Shown: positions 37,220 to 46,162 of the stretch, piece after piece
Layout: each line of letters opens with the position of its first letter
Position numbering within the stretch: the first letter of the stretch is position 1
DNA from: an uncultured Oligoflexus sp.
GTDB taxonomy: Bacteria > Bdellovibrionota_B > Oligoflexia > Oligoflexales > Oligoflexaceae
NCBI GenBank assembly: GCA_964236955.1
Contig: CAXSGP010000033.1
Span: forward strand, 1-46,162
Direction: 5' to 3'
Length of the DNA: 46,162 nucleotides
The notes under the pieces: generated by a model
What the model saw: the letters and a program-made list of their open reading frames with translations, nothing else
Database searches by the model: none
What the model was told of the DNA's origin: nothing
Position numbers and translations under genes: made by a program

Positions 37220-37832
37220 CCCCGAGACTGCCGTGGCATTGATTGCGGTAAGTAAGCTGCAGCCGAGTGCCAAGATAGTTGAGGCCTATCGCCTTGGGCA
37301 ACGCCGTTTTGGAGAGAACTATGCCCAGGAACTGGCGGAAAAGGCCGAAGAATTGAAAGAACTCGATATCTATTGGGTTTTTATCGGCCATATTCAATCG
37401 AATAAAATACGCAAAATTGTCTCATATGCTCAGGAAATTCAGACTGTGGCAAGTCTTTCGCATGCCAAACAGATTGCGCGCCATGCAAAGGAAGTCGGCA
37501 AATCCCCCTTTCCTATCATGCTCGAAGTCAACGTTGGCGATGAAGCGACAAAAAGCGGCATTGCACTCAATCAGGTCAAGGGGCTTGCCGCTCAAATCGG
37601 GTCGGAGTGCCCTGAACTCCGCATCAAAGGCCTGATGGCCATTCCTCCCGACCGTTACTCCGATGCCGCGTTCGCCTCCGTCCCAGCCCTATACAAAGAA
37701 CTCCGCGCGCTCGCCGATACAATCGGTGACGGACAATTGTCCCTTGGCATGTCGAATGACCTGCGAATTGCCCTTGAGGCTGGCAGCAATTTTGTAAGGG
37801 TAGGAACGGCACTTTTCGGAGCCCGAAGCTAG
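37146..37832 (+). CDS. yggS: PLP homeostasis protein (YggS/PLPBP family)
   Basis: LIAVSK, FGENYAQE, FIGHIQSNK, GLMAIP, LSLGMSND, VRVGTALFGAR. Confidence 0.95.
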   Translation: MEISQETSLVQRHSRILQKIQAHANPETAVALIAVSKLQPSAKIVEAYRLGQRRFGENYAQELAEKAEELKELDIYWVFIGHIQSNKIRKIVSYAQEIQTVASLSHAKQIARHAKEVGKSPFPIMLEVNVGDEATKSGIALNQVKGLAAQIGSECPELRIKGLMAIPPDRYSDAAFASVPALYKELRALADTIGDGQLSLGMSNDLRIALEAGSNFVRVGTALFGARS

Positions 37833-38072
37833 GCCTTCCGTGGACTTCCGCAAGAGGCTCGCTCAGCGAGGCGGCAGGATATACGGGGGTAGCATTCGAT
37901 TAAGGCAAATGAGCACTGCAATGTTTTAAAACAGCGAACTCATGCCAAGCTTTAAGGTGGCTCTTAACCATTTTTCATAAAAGATTTCGCTGAGGCGACA
38001 CTCGCACCTGCCCTCCTGCTTTGCTATGCTCACGTTTTAAAGAGTCCGACTCGCAAGAAACGAGGAAACCCT

Positions 38073-40139
38073 ATGACTACAGTCTTCAATCCCCTACTGG
38101 GCAACTACGATTTACCTCATTTTGACCGCATTAAAGCCACAGACGCCCAGGCTGCCGTGGATGCAGTCCTGGCCGAATGCGAAGGGATACTTGCAAAAAT
38201 CGAAGCGAATCCCGGCAAGACCTGGGATCTTTTATTGGCTCCCCTCGAGGAAATTCGCCGCAAAATTCACAGCACCTGGGGTCCTATCCAGCATTTGATC
38301 GGTGTCAAGAACTCGCCGGCGTTACGCGAGGCCTATCAGGCCTCAATGCCAAAGATGATAGCCTTTTCGTTACGCCTGTCTCAGAGTAAACCCATTTTCA
38401 ATGCGCTCAAAGCGCTACGCGATGCCAAGGATTTTGAAAGTCTAAGCTCCGCTAAAAAACGGGTGATTACAAACTCGATCCTGCAGGCCAAGCTCTCCGG
38501 TATCGAACTCGAAGGTAAAGCGCAGGAAGGTTTCAACGAGATCTCTCAGGATTTATCAAAACTCCAGACGACTTATTCTAACAACGTTCTGGATTCGTCA
38601 AAGGAATTTGAACTCGTTATCAGCGATGCCAAATCTTTGGCCGATATCCCTCAGAACTATCTTGGGATGTGGTCAACAAACCATCTTACCCGTCATCCGG
38701 AAACGACCACGAGCACTGAAGCGGGCCCTTGGAGTGTAACGCTTGATGGTCCGAACTATATTCCTTTTATGAAGTACTGTGCCGATCGATCTTTGCGGGA
38801 GAAACTCTATAGAGCCTACGTTACCCGTGCCTCAAGCGGTGCGTTTGACAATAATCCCAACATCTATAAAATTCTTGAGCTGCGCAGCGAGCAGGCCAGA
38901 CTCCTGGGTTACGCGAGTTTTGCCGAGCTAAGCCTGGCAACAAAGATGGCTGCAAACGTCGCTGCGGTCGATAAACTCCTCGGCGATCTCGCCCAGGCAT
39001 CGACAGCAAAAGCCCATGAAGAAATCAAGGAACTCAATGCCTTTGCCGCTCGTTCCGGACTGGAGGGCCTCATTCGAAATTGGGATACTCAATACTATTT
39101 GGAAAAAATGCGGGAAGAGAAGTTTAACTTCAGCGATGACGAACTGCGTCCCTATTTTCCTCTACCACGCGTACTGGAGGGACTCTTTAAGCTTTTAAAC
39201 CAGCTCTTTAGCATCACCGTCGTAAAAAGCCCCACGCCTATTGAAACGTGGAATGCCGATGTGCTCTATTTCGATGTTCTCGATGAACAATCCACAAAAA
39301 TCGCCGGATTTTACCTCGACCCCTACGCCAGGCCAGGTGAAAAGCGCAGCGGGGCCTGGATGGATACCTGTCTCGATCGCGGCACTTTTCTCGGCAAAAA
39401 GGTCTATCCCATTGCCTACCTCGTCTGCAACGGCACACCTCCCGTCGGCGATACGCCTTCGCTCCTCAGCTTTGATGAAGTCGAAACGCTTTTCCATGAA
39501 TTTGGCCATGGTCTTCAGCATATGCTCACCAAGGTCGATGTATTGGAAGCTTCCGGCATCAACGGCATCGAATGGGATGCTGTCGAGTTGCCAAGTCAAT
39601 TTATGGAAAATTGGTGCTACCAAAAAAATGTGATCAAAAGCCTGACAAAACATATCAAAACCGGAGCGAGTCTGCCTGACGATCTTTTTGAAAAGATCTC
39701 CAGGGCCAAGACCTTTAATGCGGCAAACTTCATGGTTCGGCAGTTGCACTTTGCGATGACCGACCTCGAACTGCATCATCGCTTTGAAGCTGCCAGCGGC
39801 GAAAAAGTTGAAGCCTTGAACCGCCGCATCTCCGCGCAGGTCGCCGCCCTGCAGCCCATCGAGGAAGATCGCTTCCTCTGTTCTTTCGAGCATATTTTCT
39901 CGGGCGGTTATTCGGCGGGTTATTACAGCTACAAATGGGCGGAAGTACTGAGTGCCGATGCCTTCGAACGATTTGAAGAGGAAGGTCTTGACGATAAAAA
40001 CATCGCCCGCGTCGGCGCCGACTTCCGCGACACGGTACTGGCCTTGGGCGGCAGTCAGCATCCGATGGAAGTGTTTATCAAGTTTCGGGGCCGGGCGCCC
40101 GATCCCAGCGCCCTATTAAAACATAACGACCTTCGCTAA
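38073..40139 (+). CDS. prlC: Oligopeptidase A (peptidase M3A)
   Basis: N-terminal NPLL, KRSGAWMD, zinc motif FHEFGHGLQH, WDAVELPSQFMENW, GGYSAGYYSYKWAEVL. Confidence 0.95.
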   Translation: MTTVFNPLLGNYDLPHFDRIKATDAQAAVDAVLAECEGILAKIEANPGKTWDLLLAPLEEIRRKIHSTWGPIQHLIGVKNSPALREAYQASMPKMIAFSLRLSQSKPIFNALKALRDAKDFESLSSAKKRVITNSILQAKLSGIELEGKAQEGFNEISQDLSKLQTTYSNNVLDSSKEFELVISDAKSLADIPQNYLGMWSTNHLTRHPETTTSTEAGPWSVTLDGPNYIPFMKYCADRSLREKLYRAYVTRASSGAFDNNPNIYKILELRSEQARLLGYASFAELSLATKMAANVAAVDKLLGDLAQASTAKAHEEIKELNAFAARSGLEGLIRNWDTQYYLEKMREEKFNFSDDELRPYFPLPRVLEGLFKLLNQLFSITVVKSPTPIETWNADVLYFDVLDEQSTKIAGFYLDPYARPGEKRSGAWMDTCLDRGTFLGKKVYPIAYLVCNGTPPVGDTPSLLSFDEVETLFHEFGHGLQHMLTKVDVLEASGINGIEWDAVELPSQFMENWCYQKNVIKSLTKHIKTGASLPDDLFEKISRAKTFNAANFMVRQLHFAMTDLELHHRFEAASGEKVEALNRRISAQVAALQPIEEDRFLCSFEHIFSGGYSAGYYSYKWAEVLSADAFERFEEEGLDDKNIARVGADFRDTVLALGGSQHPMEVFIKFRGRAPDPSALLKHNDLR

Positions 40140-40175
40140 ATCTGCCCCCTGGTCGAACTGTCGATAAGGGAGTGC

Positions 40176-40204
40176 TTGCAACTTGACACAACAAACTTTA
40201 GAAT
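40176..40204 (+). promoter_or_regulatory. Sigma70-type promoter for yggT and the downstream ABC operon
   Basis: TTGCAA-N17-TAGAAT, followed by AGGAG before ATG 40233. Confidence 0.55.
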
Positions 40205-40232
40205 ATGTCTATGAAAATTAGGAGTTTAATTC

Positions 40233-40553
40233 ATGACAGCAGGAATCATTCAAGGTCTTGCCGCCGTTATCAATTTCTTTCTGAGCGCGGTCCAACTGCT
40301 GGTTTTTGCTTCTATAATTGTGAGCTGGGTCGGCGACCGCAGCAATCAGATCGTGATTATGATCATCAACATAACCGAACCCATCTATCGGCCTCTGCGT
40401 CGTCTGACGCGCAATATTCCTGGTCCCTTTGATTGGGCGCCGATGATAGTTCTCGCCTTGGTCATCTTTGCTCAGATTGCCATCGTCAAGCCGCTCATGG
40501 CTTACGGCGATCGCATGATGAATGTTGAAATCCAAGCCCCTATCACCCCTTGA
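40233..40553 (+). CDS. yggT: YggT family membrane protein
   Basis: IIVSWV...ITEPIYRPLRR...GPFDWAPMI signature. Confidence 0.9.
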   Translation: MTAGIIQGLAAVINFFLSAVQLLVFASIIVSWVGDRSNQIVIMIINITEPIYRPLRRLTRNIPGPFDWAPMIVLALVIFAQIAIVKPLMAYGDRMMNVEIQAPITP

Positions 40554-40619
40554 TATCGCCAATAACGATGCTGATTCAGGGATAAGCAACTGAATCAGCC
40601 CTACTTAAGGCTCATCTTG

Positions 40620-41300
40620 ATGTGGAAAAAAACGGCTCCCTTGATTTTTCCATTGCTTGGTACCCTGCTCTTTGGAGGAGCCATCGTTGCCACTGTCCCC
40701 CTGCGGCTCAATCATCTTAAAAAGTCCTATGACCTCTATGCCTTCCCCCCCCTCTCGCAGGTCAACTCAAGATTTCTCACGGTCCTTTTATTAGGCCAGA
40801 AAGCGATCTACGACGATTTTATCTCGATATGGCTGCTCCAGACTTTGATGGAAAAAGATCACGACTTCGACCACGAAAAACTGATCGAGCAGATTCGTTC
40901 GGTCATCCAGCATCATCCCAGACTCGAGACGACCTATATGATGGCTTGCTTCACCATGTTCTACAATAAGCATCCCGAGTACTGCCAGGAGATAAACCTC
41001 GAGGGTCTCAAAGCCTTTCCCATGAGTTGGCGTCTTTTGATGACCCAGGCCTTTATTGAGTACTCAGCCCTGAATCACCCGGCTCAGGCTGCGAGCTTCT
41101 TCATGATGGCCGCCCAAAGGGAAAATGCGCCGCCCTACGTAAAAAAAGCGGCAAGAAAACTCCTGGAAACCAAAACCCTTACCGACGATGACGTTCAGAA
41201 GAGTATGGAACTCATCTCTAAGGCCGAAGGCAAATCGCAGTTCCTGGAACTTTTGCAATCGATCGACAAAAATAAGAAGACAGCGCCTATAGCCCCATAA
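40620..41300 (+). CDS. Membrane-anchored helical-repeat protein, possibly PilG-like partner of the ABC transporter
   Basis: N-terminal TM; DFISIWLLQ, EGLKAFPMSWRL, APPYV; directly upstream of ABC ATPase and permease. Confidence 0.55.
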   Translation: MWKKTAPLIFPLLGTLLFGGAIVATVPLRLNHLKKSYDLYAFPPLSQVNSRFLTVLLLGQKAIYDDFISIWLLQTLMEKDHDFDHEKLIEQIRSVIQHHPRLETTYMMACFTMFYNKHPEYCQEINLEGLKAFPMSWRLLMTQAFIEYSALNHPAQAASFFMMAAQRENAPPYVKKAARKLLETKTLTDDDVQKSMELISKAEGKSQFLELLQSIDKNKKTAPIAP

Positions 41301-41313
41301 TTGAGGTGAATGC

Positions 41314-42276
41314 ATGGACACGACGCCGGCGATTCTCGAGATCAAAAATCTTAGGAAAATCTACGATAAGGATCTTTTTAAAAAGAAGCAGATCGTCGTC
41401 GACGACCTGAGCTGCTCGTTTTTGCAGGGTCAGTGCACCGCTTTGATGGGCCATAACGGAGCTGGCAAAACCACGACGATTCGCATGATATTCGGCCTCA
41501 TTAGTCCGGATTCGGGCGCGATCCACTTTAAGGGCCGCCCTTTAACGATAGAAGACAAGCGCAACATCGGCTATATGCCCGAGACGAACAAGCTGCCGGT
41601 CAACCTCACCTGTGAGGAGATCCTACGCCATCACCTCAAAGTCTTTCGACCAAAGTTCTTAAAGCCCATGGACTACCAGGCAGCGATAGAGGCCAAACTC
41701 AAAGAGATTGAGCTTTGGGAGCATCGCCATAAGCGCGTCGGCAAGTTATCCAAAGGCATGGGTCGTCGCCTTTCCTGGGCACAGGCCACCATTCACAAAC
41801 CGGACTTGATCATTCTCGACGAGCCGATGTCGGGCCTCGATCCAATGGGCTATCGCCTGATGGTCGACCTCATCAACAAGCTCAGAAAGGAAAAGGTCAC
41901 GATCATTCTCTGTACGCATGAGCTATGGTCGATCGAGCAGCTTTGCGATCAGGTGCACATCATAAACCATGGTCGCGTTGTCTATTCGACCCTTTCCCCC
42001 AAATCTGAGACGAATGAAGCTTCGCATATTCTCACGCTTTCAGGAGGTGGCCTCGAATCCATTCAGGACCTGCAGCGGGCGCAGCAGCTTCCACTTTGGC
42101 TCAACATCAAAGCACAAAATCATCGCGTCGAAATCTCGTTTCGAAATTATGCGGACGGCACGAAATGGATGCAGGCCAGTCTCCAGTATGGACTGCTTAT
42201 CGTCGGCTTTGAAAAGCTTTCGATCCTGAGTGAAGACCGATTAATCCGTTACTTTGGAGAGGAAAAATCAGCATGA
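41314..42276 (+). CDS. ABC transporter ATP-binding protein (ABC-2 type, PilH-like)
   Basis: Walker A GHNGAGKTT, signature LSKGM, Walker B IILDEPMSGLDP, H-loop CTH. Confidence 0.93.
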   Translation: MDTTPAILEIKNLRKIYDKDLFKKKQIVVDDLSCSFLQGQCTALMGHNGAGKTTTIRMIFGLISPDSGAIHFKGRPLTIEDKRNIGYMPETNKLPVNLTCEEILRHHLKVFRPKFLKPMDYQAAIEAKLKEIELWEHRHKRVGKLSKGMGRRLSWAQATIHKPDLIILDEPMSGLDPMGYRLMVDLINKLRKEKVTIILCTHELWSIEQLCDQVHIINHGRVVYSTLSPKSETNEASHILTLSGGGLESIQDLQRAQQLPLWLNIKAQNHRVEISFRNYADGTKWMQASLQYGLLIVGFEKLSILSEDRLIRYFGEEKSA

Positions 42277-43046
42277 ACACCCTAATCGCGGTTACTGCGG
42301 AAACCTTTATTCGACTGCGGCGGGATAAGATTTTTCTGCCGGCCCTTATGATCGGCGCCGGCCTCCTAGGTCTGAGCGGTGTAGCGAGTTATTGGGGCGT
42401 CGAAGAGTTCTTTAAAATCCTCTACGATTTAGGAACTGCGGCGTATTTTTTTACGGGTGCGGCCGTGGCCATATTTTGGGGCAACAAAGTCGTCTCCGAT
42501 TCCCGCGTCGAAGGTTCGCTCGAAGTACAGCTTGCTTCGCCGATCAGCCGATCGACCTGGCTGCTCGGCAAATTTCTGGGTCTCGCAGCGGCGCTCATTC
42601 TCCTTGCCCTCGGTTTTCTGGTCGCCTGGCAGGGCATTTATTTCAGCTACGGCCTGAGTTGGATGAAGCTTTTTGATCTCCAGCTGTTTGGAATGCTTAC
42701 TATCGCCTGGCTTATCCTGGCTGCCTTGTCTATTATGTTTGCGTCTTTTGCAAGTCAGTCAGTGGCTTTGTTTTGTACGATCTGGATGTTCATCTGCGGA
42801 ATGATTTCAGCACCCGTCATGCAAACTCTATCCCCGGAAACTCCAGAATCCACCCGCCAGATCGTCTCGATAATCGCCGGTCTTTGGAACCTTAACACCT
42901 TTAATATTTCTCAATCGGTCAGCAAATATCATATTCCGGAATTGCCTGAGGATATTGCCTATCGCATCGGCTTTGGTTTTGTGCTTGGGGGCTTTTTCTT
43001 GTCCATGGCCTGTCTGAGCTTTCAAAGAAGAGATATCATCGCCTGA
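42273..43046 (+). CDS. ABC-2 type permease (PilI-like)
   Basis: About six hydrophobic segments; PISRSTWLLGKFLG; C-terminal FQRRDI; ATGA overlap. Confidence 0.88.
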   Translation: MNTLIAVTAETFIRLRRDKIFLPALMIGAGLLGLSGVASYWGVEEFFKILYDLGTAAYFFTGAAVAIFWGNKVVSDSRVEGSLEVQLASPISRSTWLLGKFLGLAAALILLALGFLVAWQGIYFSYGLSWMKLFDLQLFGMLTIAWLILAALSIMFASFASQSVALFCTIWMFICGMISAPVMQTLSPETPESTRQIVSIIAGLWNLNTFNISQSVSKYHIPELPEDIAYRIGFGFVLGGFFLSMACLSFQRRDIIA

Positions 43047-43092
43047 GCGGGCTGAAATTGGCCCAACCCATTTCGCTTAAGGAACTACTTTT

Positions 43093-43572
43093 ATGCCTCG
43101 TGCTGTAAATCAGACTATTGCTTGGATATCCTCCGTGTTTTTTAGTCTCATGGTTTTTGCAGCGGGTTATGGCGTATTTTCCTATCTCGCCAAATCCGCT
43201 GCCACCCGAGGGTCATTGAATTCAAGCACGGAAGGTGAGGAGAAATCTTCCCATGGTGGAGCCGATCATGGCGAGGATTTGGAATCGAATGGCCATGGAG
43301 CCGTAACGGGTCACCATTCTGAAGTTTCTGACGAGGCCGGAGCCTTGAAAGGGGAAAAAGACAGACATGAAAATGGAAATGGAAATGGAAATGGAAATGG
43401 AAAAGCTGCGCCTGAAGGCCACGAAAATGCCGAAGTCAAGGAGATCAGTCATGAAAGAAAGCAGACCCACTCCCATGCGACCGGCCCTGTAGAAGACGGC
43501 GAACATGAAATTTCCGCCGATCAGTTCAAGGGCGAAAGTCATGACAGAGGGGAGGAAGAGCAGCACCACTGA
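43093..43572 (+). CDS. Membrane-anchored His/Glu/Gly-rich low-complexity protein
   Basis: TAAGGA RBS; one N-terminal TM; 14 His scattered in an acidic tail. Confidence 0.7.
   Translation: MPRAVNQTIAWISSVFFSLMVFAAGYGVFSYLAKSAATRGSLNSSTEGEEKSSHGGADHGEDLESNGHGAVTGHHSEVSDEAGALKGEKDRHENGNGNGNGNGKAAPEGHENAEVKEISHERKQTHSHATGPVEDGEHEISADQFKGESHDRGEEEQHH
43371..43400 (+). repeat. (AAATGG)5 hexanucleotide tandem repeat encoding (NG)5
   Basis: Five exact copies read directly. Confidence 0.95.
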
Positions 43573-43581
43573 AAAGAGCGA

Positions 43582-44307
43582 TCACCTATTCTTTCGAAAT
43601 CTGAGCGCCCAAACTCTGAGCAAAGCTTCAAACACGATACGGCTCGACATCTTCGATTGGCCCTCGCGCCGTTCGCTAAAGGTTATCGGATGTTCAATGA
43701 GCTTACAGCCCGCCCGATAGGCCCGATACTTAAGCTCGATCTGAAAGGAATAACCTTCACTGCGGATCGATTTCAGGCCGATCCTCGCCAAGGCTTCGGC
43801 AGTCCAGGCATTATATCCGCCCGTCAGGTCATTGATTCTCATGCCTAAAATCCTACGGGCGTAAAAACTACCCGCCCGGGAGATCAGCTTTCTGAAGAAA
43901 TTCCAATTTTCAGTCGAACCCCCTCGAACATAGCGACTGCCGATAACGACATCGGCGTTTTGCAATAATTTCAAAAGGTTTGGAAGTTCTTTGGGGTCAT
44001 GAGAAAAATCAGCATCCATCTCGACCAAGGCCTGATAACCTTTGGCAAGCGCCCACTCGAAACCGGCAATATAGGCCGTTCCGAGTCCCAGTTTGCCGGC
44101 CCGCGAAAGTATGAAGAGTTTTTCCGAAGCTTGACTCTGCATACGCCGGATAATGTCTCCCGTGCCGTCTTTGGAGTTATCGTCCACGACCAGCACATGA
44201 AGGTGGGGCATCGCTTCCCAAGCGCTTTTGATAATACCTTCAATGTTAAGCGCTTCGTTATAGGTGGGGATGACAACGATCGCTTTGCTTTTTGATTTTT
44301 CGGACAA
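43582..44307 (-). CDS. Polyprenol-phosphate mannose synthase-like glycosyltransferase (GT2, DPM1-like)
   Basis: VIPTYNE, VVDDNSKDGT, KLGLGTAY, EMDADFSHDP, GSRYV, DLTGGY, GYSFQIE, ERREGQSKMS; TTG start behind AAGGAG. Confidence 0.92.
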   Translation of the reverse strand: MSEKSKSKAIVVIPTYNEALNIEGIIKSAWEAMPHLHVLVVDDNSKDGTGDIIRRMQSQASEKLFILSRAGKLGLGTAYIAGFEWALAKGYQALVEMDADFSHDPKELPNLLKLLQNADVVIGSRYVRGGSTENWNFFRKLISRAGSFYARRILGMRINDLTGGYNAWTAEALARIGLKSIRSEGYSFQIELKYRAYRAGCKLIEHPITFSERREGQSKMSSRIVFEALLRVWALRFRKNR

Positions 44308-44415
44308 AACCGGCTCCTTGCTCTGGCAGGCTTGGGATCAACTGTACCTCGAGGGCGAATTGGACTAACATAAGGCTGTTATTATAACAGTAGAAACCTA
44401 GGACGAAGCGTCTAT

Positions 44416-44655
44416 ATGGCAGATAATAAACAGCCCGACAGGGATAATCTGATCGATCTTGCTTCAGAACGTCGTAAATTTCAAAATCGTCCCAATCCAA
44501 CTAGCTCCAAGAAGTTTCCGGGTGCAGGTCAGATTACCAAGAAGAAAGCGGTGAAAGCAGCTCCGGGTCCGCGCTGGTATCACTATGTTCAGCTTATCGT
44601 ATTTCTGGCATTTCTGGCTTGGATGATGCAGCGCTGTCAGTCGGGCTCTTTTTAA
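44416..44655 (+). CDS. Small hypothetical protein with C-terminal TM helix
   Basis: ATG with AGGA upstream; NLIDLASERRK, basic linker, hydrophobic YVQLIVFLAFLAWMM. Confidence 0.6.
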   Translation: MADNKQPDRDNLIDLASERRKFQNRPNPTSSKKFPGAGQITKKKAVKAAPGPRWYHYVQLIVFLAFLAWMMQRCQSGSF

Positions 44656-44926
44656 AATCCTGCCTATAGTCTAGCCATTCCATTGGGGTTAGACTGCGCT
44701 TCTGCTCGTTGCAGTTTTTGCAGGCTGGCACCAGATTTCCAGCGGTGCTCCGTCCGCCTCGACTGATCGCTACGACGTGGTCCATGGTGACTTCACTGCG
44801 GCTGATAGGAGTCCGACAGTAATAGCATTGCGTCTTTTGAATAAGATTTTGCCACCAGCGCGACTTTTTAAGGTTTTTGGCTTTTTGCCTTTCCCGTGTC
44901 ATCCATTCTTCATCAAAGTCCCACAT
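44594..44926 (-). CDS. Small HNH endonuclease family protein
   Basis: CYYC...TMDHVVAISRGGRSTAGNLVPACKNCNEQK. Confidence 0.9.
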   Translation of the reverse strand: MWDFDEEWMTRERQKAKNLKKSRWWQNLIQKTQCYYCRTPISRSEVTMDHVVAISRGGRSTAGNLVPACKNCNEQKRSLTPMEWLDYRQDFKKSPTDSAASSKPEMPEIR

Positions 44927-44985
44927 CGATTCTTCCCTTAATTGTCTCTTCGTATAACAAAATGCCTCAGTCTTGGCTAACTGAT

Positions 44986-45669
44986 TTAGCTCGGCAGTGG
45001 CTCCTTTAAAGTCCTAAACCATTCCACAATTGCGCGCTGCCCTTCATGGGGGAAGGATCTTTGCAAATGCTCCGCAAGAGCATTTAAAGCCGCTTCATCA
45101 TCGACATCTCTTAGCTGCTCGGAAAGAGTGACGACAGCTGCCAGGGGACGGAGCCTCTCCTTCAACTCGAGAGCTGTGTGTTCGGTGCTGTAGTGGACCG
45201 AGGTCCAGACTTCACAGGGAATGGGGAGATGGCCCCCAAAGAGGTAAAAACCTCCGTCCTGGGCAGAACCCATGACAAAACAGTTCTCCTTTAATAAATC
45301 ACCCGCTTCTTCAAAGTGCTTGGATTTTATCTGGGGCGCATCAGCGCCAATCAGTAAAACGGCGGAATGCTGATCCAATAATTCATTGTAGACCTTGCCC
45401 AGCCGGTCGCCGAGCCCGCCCTCACCCTGATCGATAAGGGCAAACGTCGGCCAGACGTTTTTATGCAAAGCGCTCCTGGGTTCGGCAATGGCCCAATAGC
45501 AGTCCCATTCACCAGAAATCTCCTTAAGGGTCTGCTCAATAGCTGAGCACGAGAGCCGATAGAATGCGCTAGCCGCGATCGGGCCAAGGCTTGCGGCCAG
45601 GCGCGTTTTCACCGGGCTCAAGTCGGGCGTTTTTACAAATACCGCGATGGCTGGCCTTCGTTTCATCAT
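44986..45669 (-). CDS. DUF2064 / TIGR04282-like GT-A fold transferase
   Basis: FVKTP...VKTRLA, QGEGGLGDRL, LIGADAPQ, GSAQDGGFYLFG, LRDVD. Confidence 0.85.
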   Translation of the reverse strand: MMKRRPAIAVFVKTPDLSPVKTRLAASLGPIAASAFYRLSCSAIEQTLKEISGEWDCYWAIAEPRSALHKNVWPTFALIDQGEGGLGDRLGKVYNELLDQHSAVLLIGADAPQIKSKHFEEAGDLLKENCFVMGSAQDGGFYLFGGHLPIPCEVWTSVHYSTEHTALELKERLRPLAAVVTLSEQLRDVDDEAALNALAEHLQRSFPHEGQRAIVEWFRTLKEPLPS

Positions 45670-45878
45670 GACCTCGCAATATTGAAGCCTTTAAACTCGC
45701 TAGCCGGATGCCCGCTGGCCTTCCGGTCAGCCACGCATCGATTCTACCCTAAAGCACCCTGGCATTCGATTCGTTTTCGAGGACCTCTTGGTTCAGGACA
45801 GGACATTGCCTCAAGCCCATTCGCCCTTGCCATGAAAGGGATTGTAGGAAGTTTAGGTCAATGTTTCAAAGCTACCCC

Positions 45879-46162
45879 TCAAAAAGATTTGAGCCCATGC
45901 GCCACCCACTGCGGTAGAGCCTGGACCATGGTGAGTCTGAGATGCCGAAGGGTGATTTGCCGCCAGCCATGCTCTTGATATTTTCGTGCGCTGGTCCATA
46001 AATCAAAGGGCAGAACGGCAAGACCACGCCCACTCTGGCGCCACTTCCAGACGAAGAGATGGTCCTCACCATAAGCTGCGCCTTCCGGAAATTCCCCCAA
46101 TCTCTGCCAGGACCGGCGGGAAAAGAGAAAACCCTGGTCACCAAAGGGCAATCCCAAGCCTT
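45879..46162 (-). CDS. TIGR04283-like family 2 glycosyltransferase, C-terminal part (5' end outside window)
   Basis: LPFGDQGFLF, LGEFPE...GEDHLFV, TSARKY; frame open to the window edge; upstream of the DUF2064 gene. Confidence 0.8.
   Translation of the reverse strand, partial: GLGLPFGDQGFLFSRRSWQRLGEFPEGAAYGEDHLFVWKWRQSGRGLAVLPFDLWTSARKYQEHGWRQITLRHLRLTMVQALPQWVAHGLKSF

Noticed and set aside
44376..44390. CTGTTA-tta-TAACAG palindrome resembling an SOS box
   Set aside because: Spacing is CTGT-N7-ACAG rather than N8 and the flanking genes are not SOS genes; it could still be another operator
1..46162. tRNA, rRNA, CRISPR array, transposase or prophage genes
   Set aside because: None recognised by eye; the only tandem repeat found is the coding (AAATGG)5

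Overview
A bacterial chromosomal segment. The host is probably not a cyanobacterium: dnaE is one unsplit ORF, and the gene mix (PilGHI-like ABC trio, LpoB-like lipoprotein, MtgA) suggests a Bdellovibrionota/Oligoflexia- or delta-proteobacterial-type organism (inference only). The backbone is housekeeping: guaD, prfC, guaB-guaA, dnaE, mtgA, an NFACT/RqcH-like gene, asd, mnmG, leucine dehydrogenase, yggS, prlC, yggT and glycosyltransferases. The main finding is a ~9.2 kb divergent biosynthetic cluster at 5251-14473. Its tightly coupled minus-strand operon runs Rieske oxygenase, GNAT-like protein, SDR, ferritin-like diiron protein, CylC-type dimetal-carboxylate halogenase homolog, 2Fe-2S ferredoxin, second Rieske oxygenase, sterol-desaturase-family protein. 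It faces a GH3 acyl-adenylate/amido-synthetase and a hexapeptide-repeat acyltransferase. This resembles the orphan 'Rieske-containing' CylC clusters of cyanobacteria, but sits in an apparently non-cyanobacterial host and has no ACP, FAAL, PKS or NRPS. A second accessory islet follows the guaA 3' end (a known integration hotspot): a KfrA_N protein, an AT-rich structured spacer, an orphan 4-PAS hybrid histidine kinase and a DUF642-like lipoprotein, with no integrase. No rRNA, tRNA or CRISPR array was recognised. All calls come from motif reading by eye; no searches were run.
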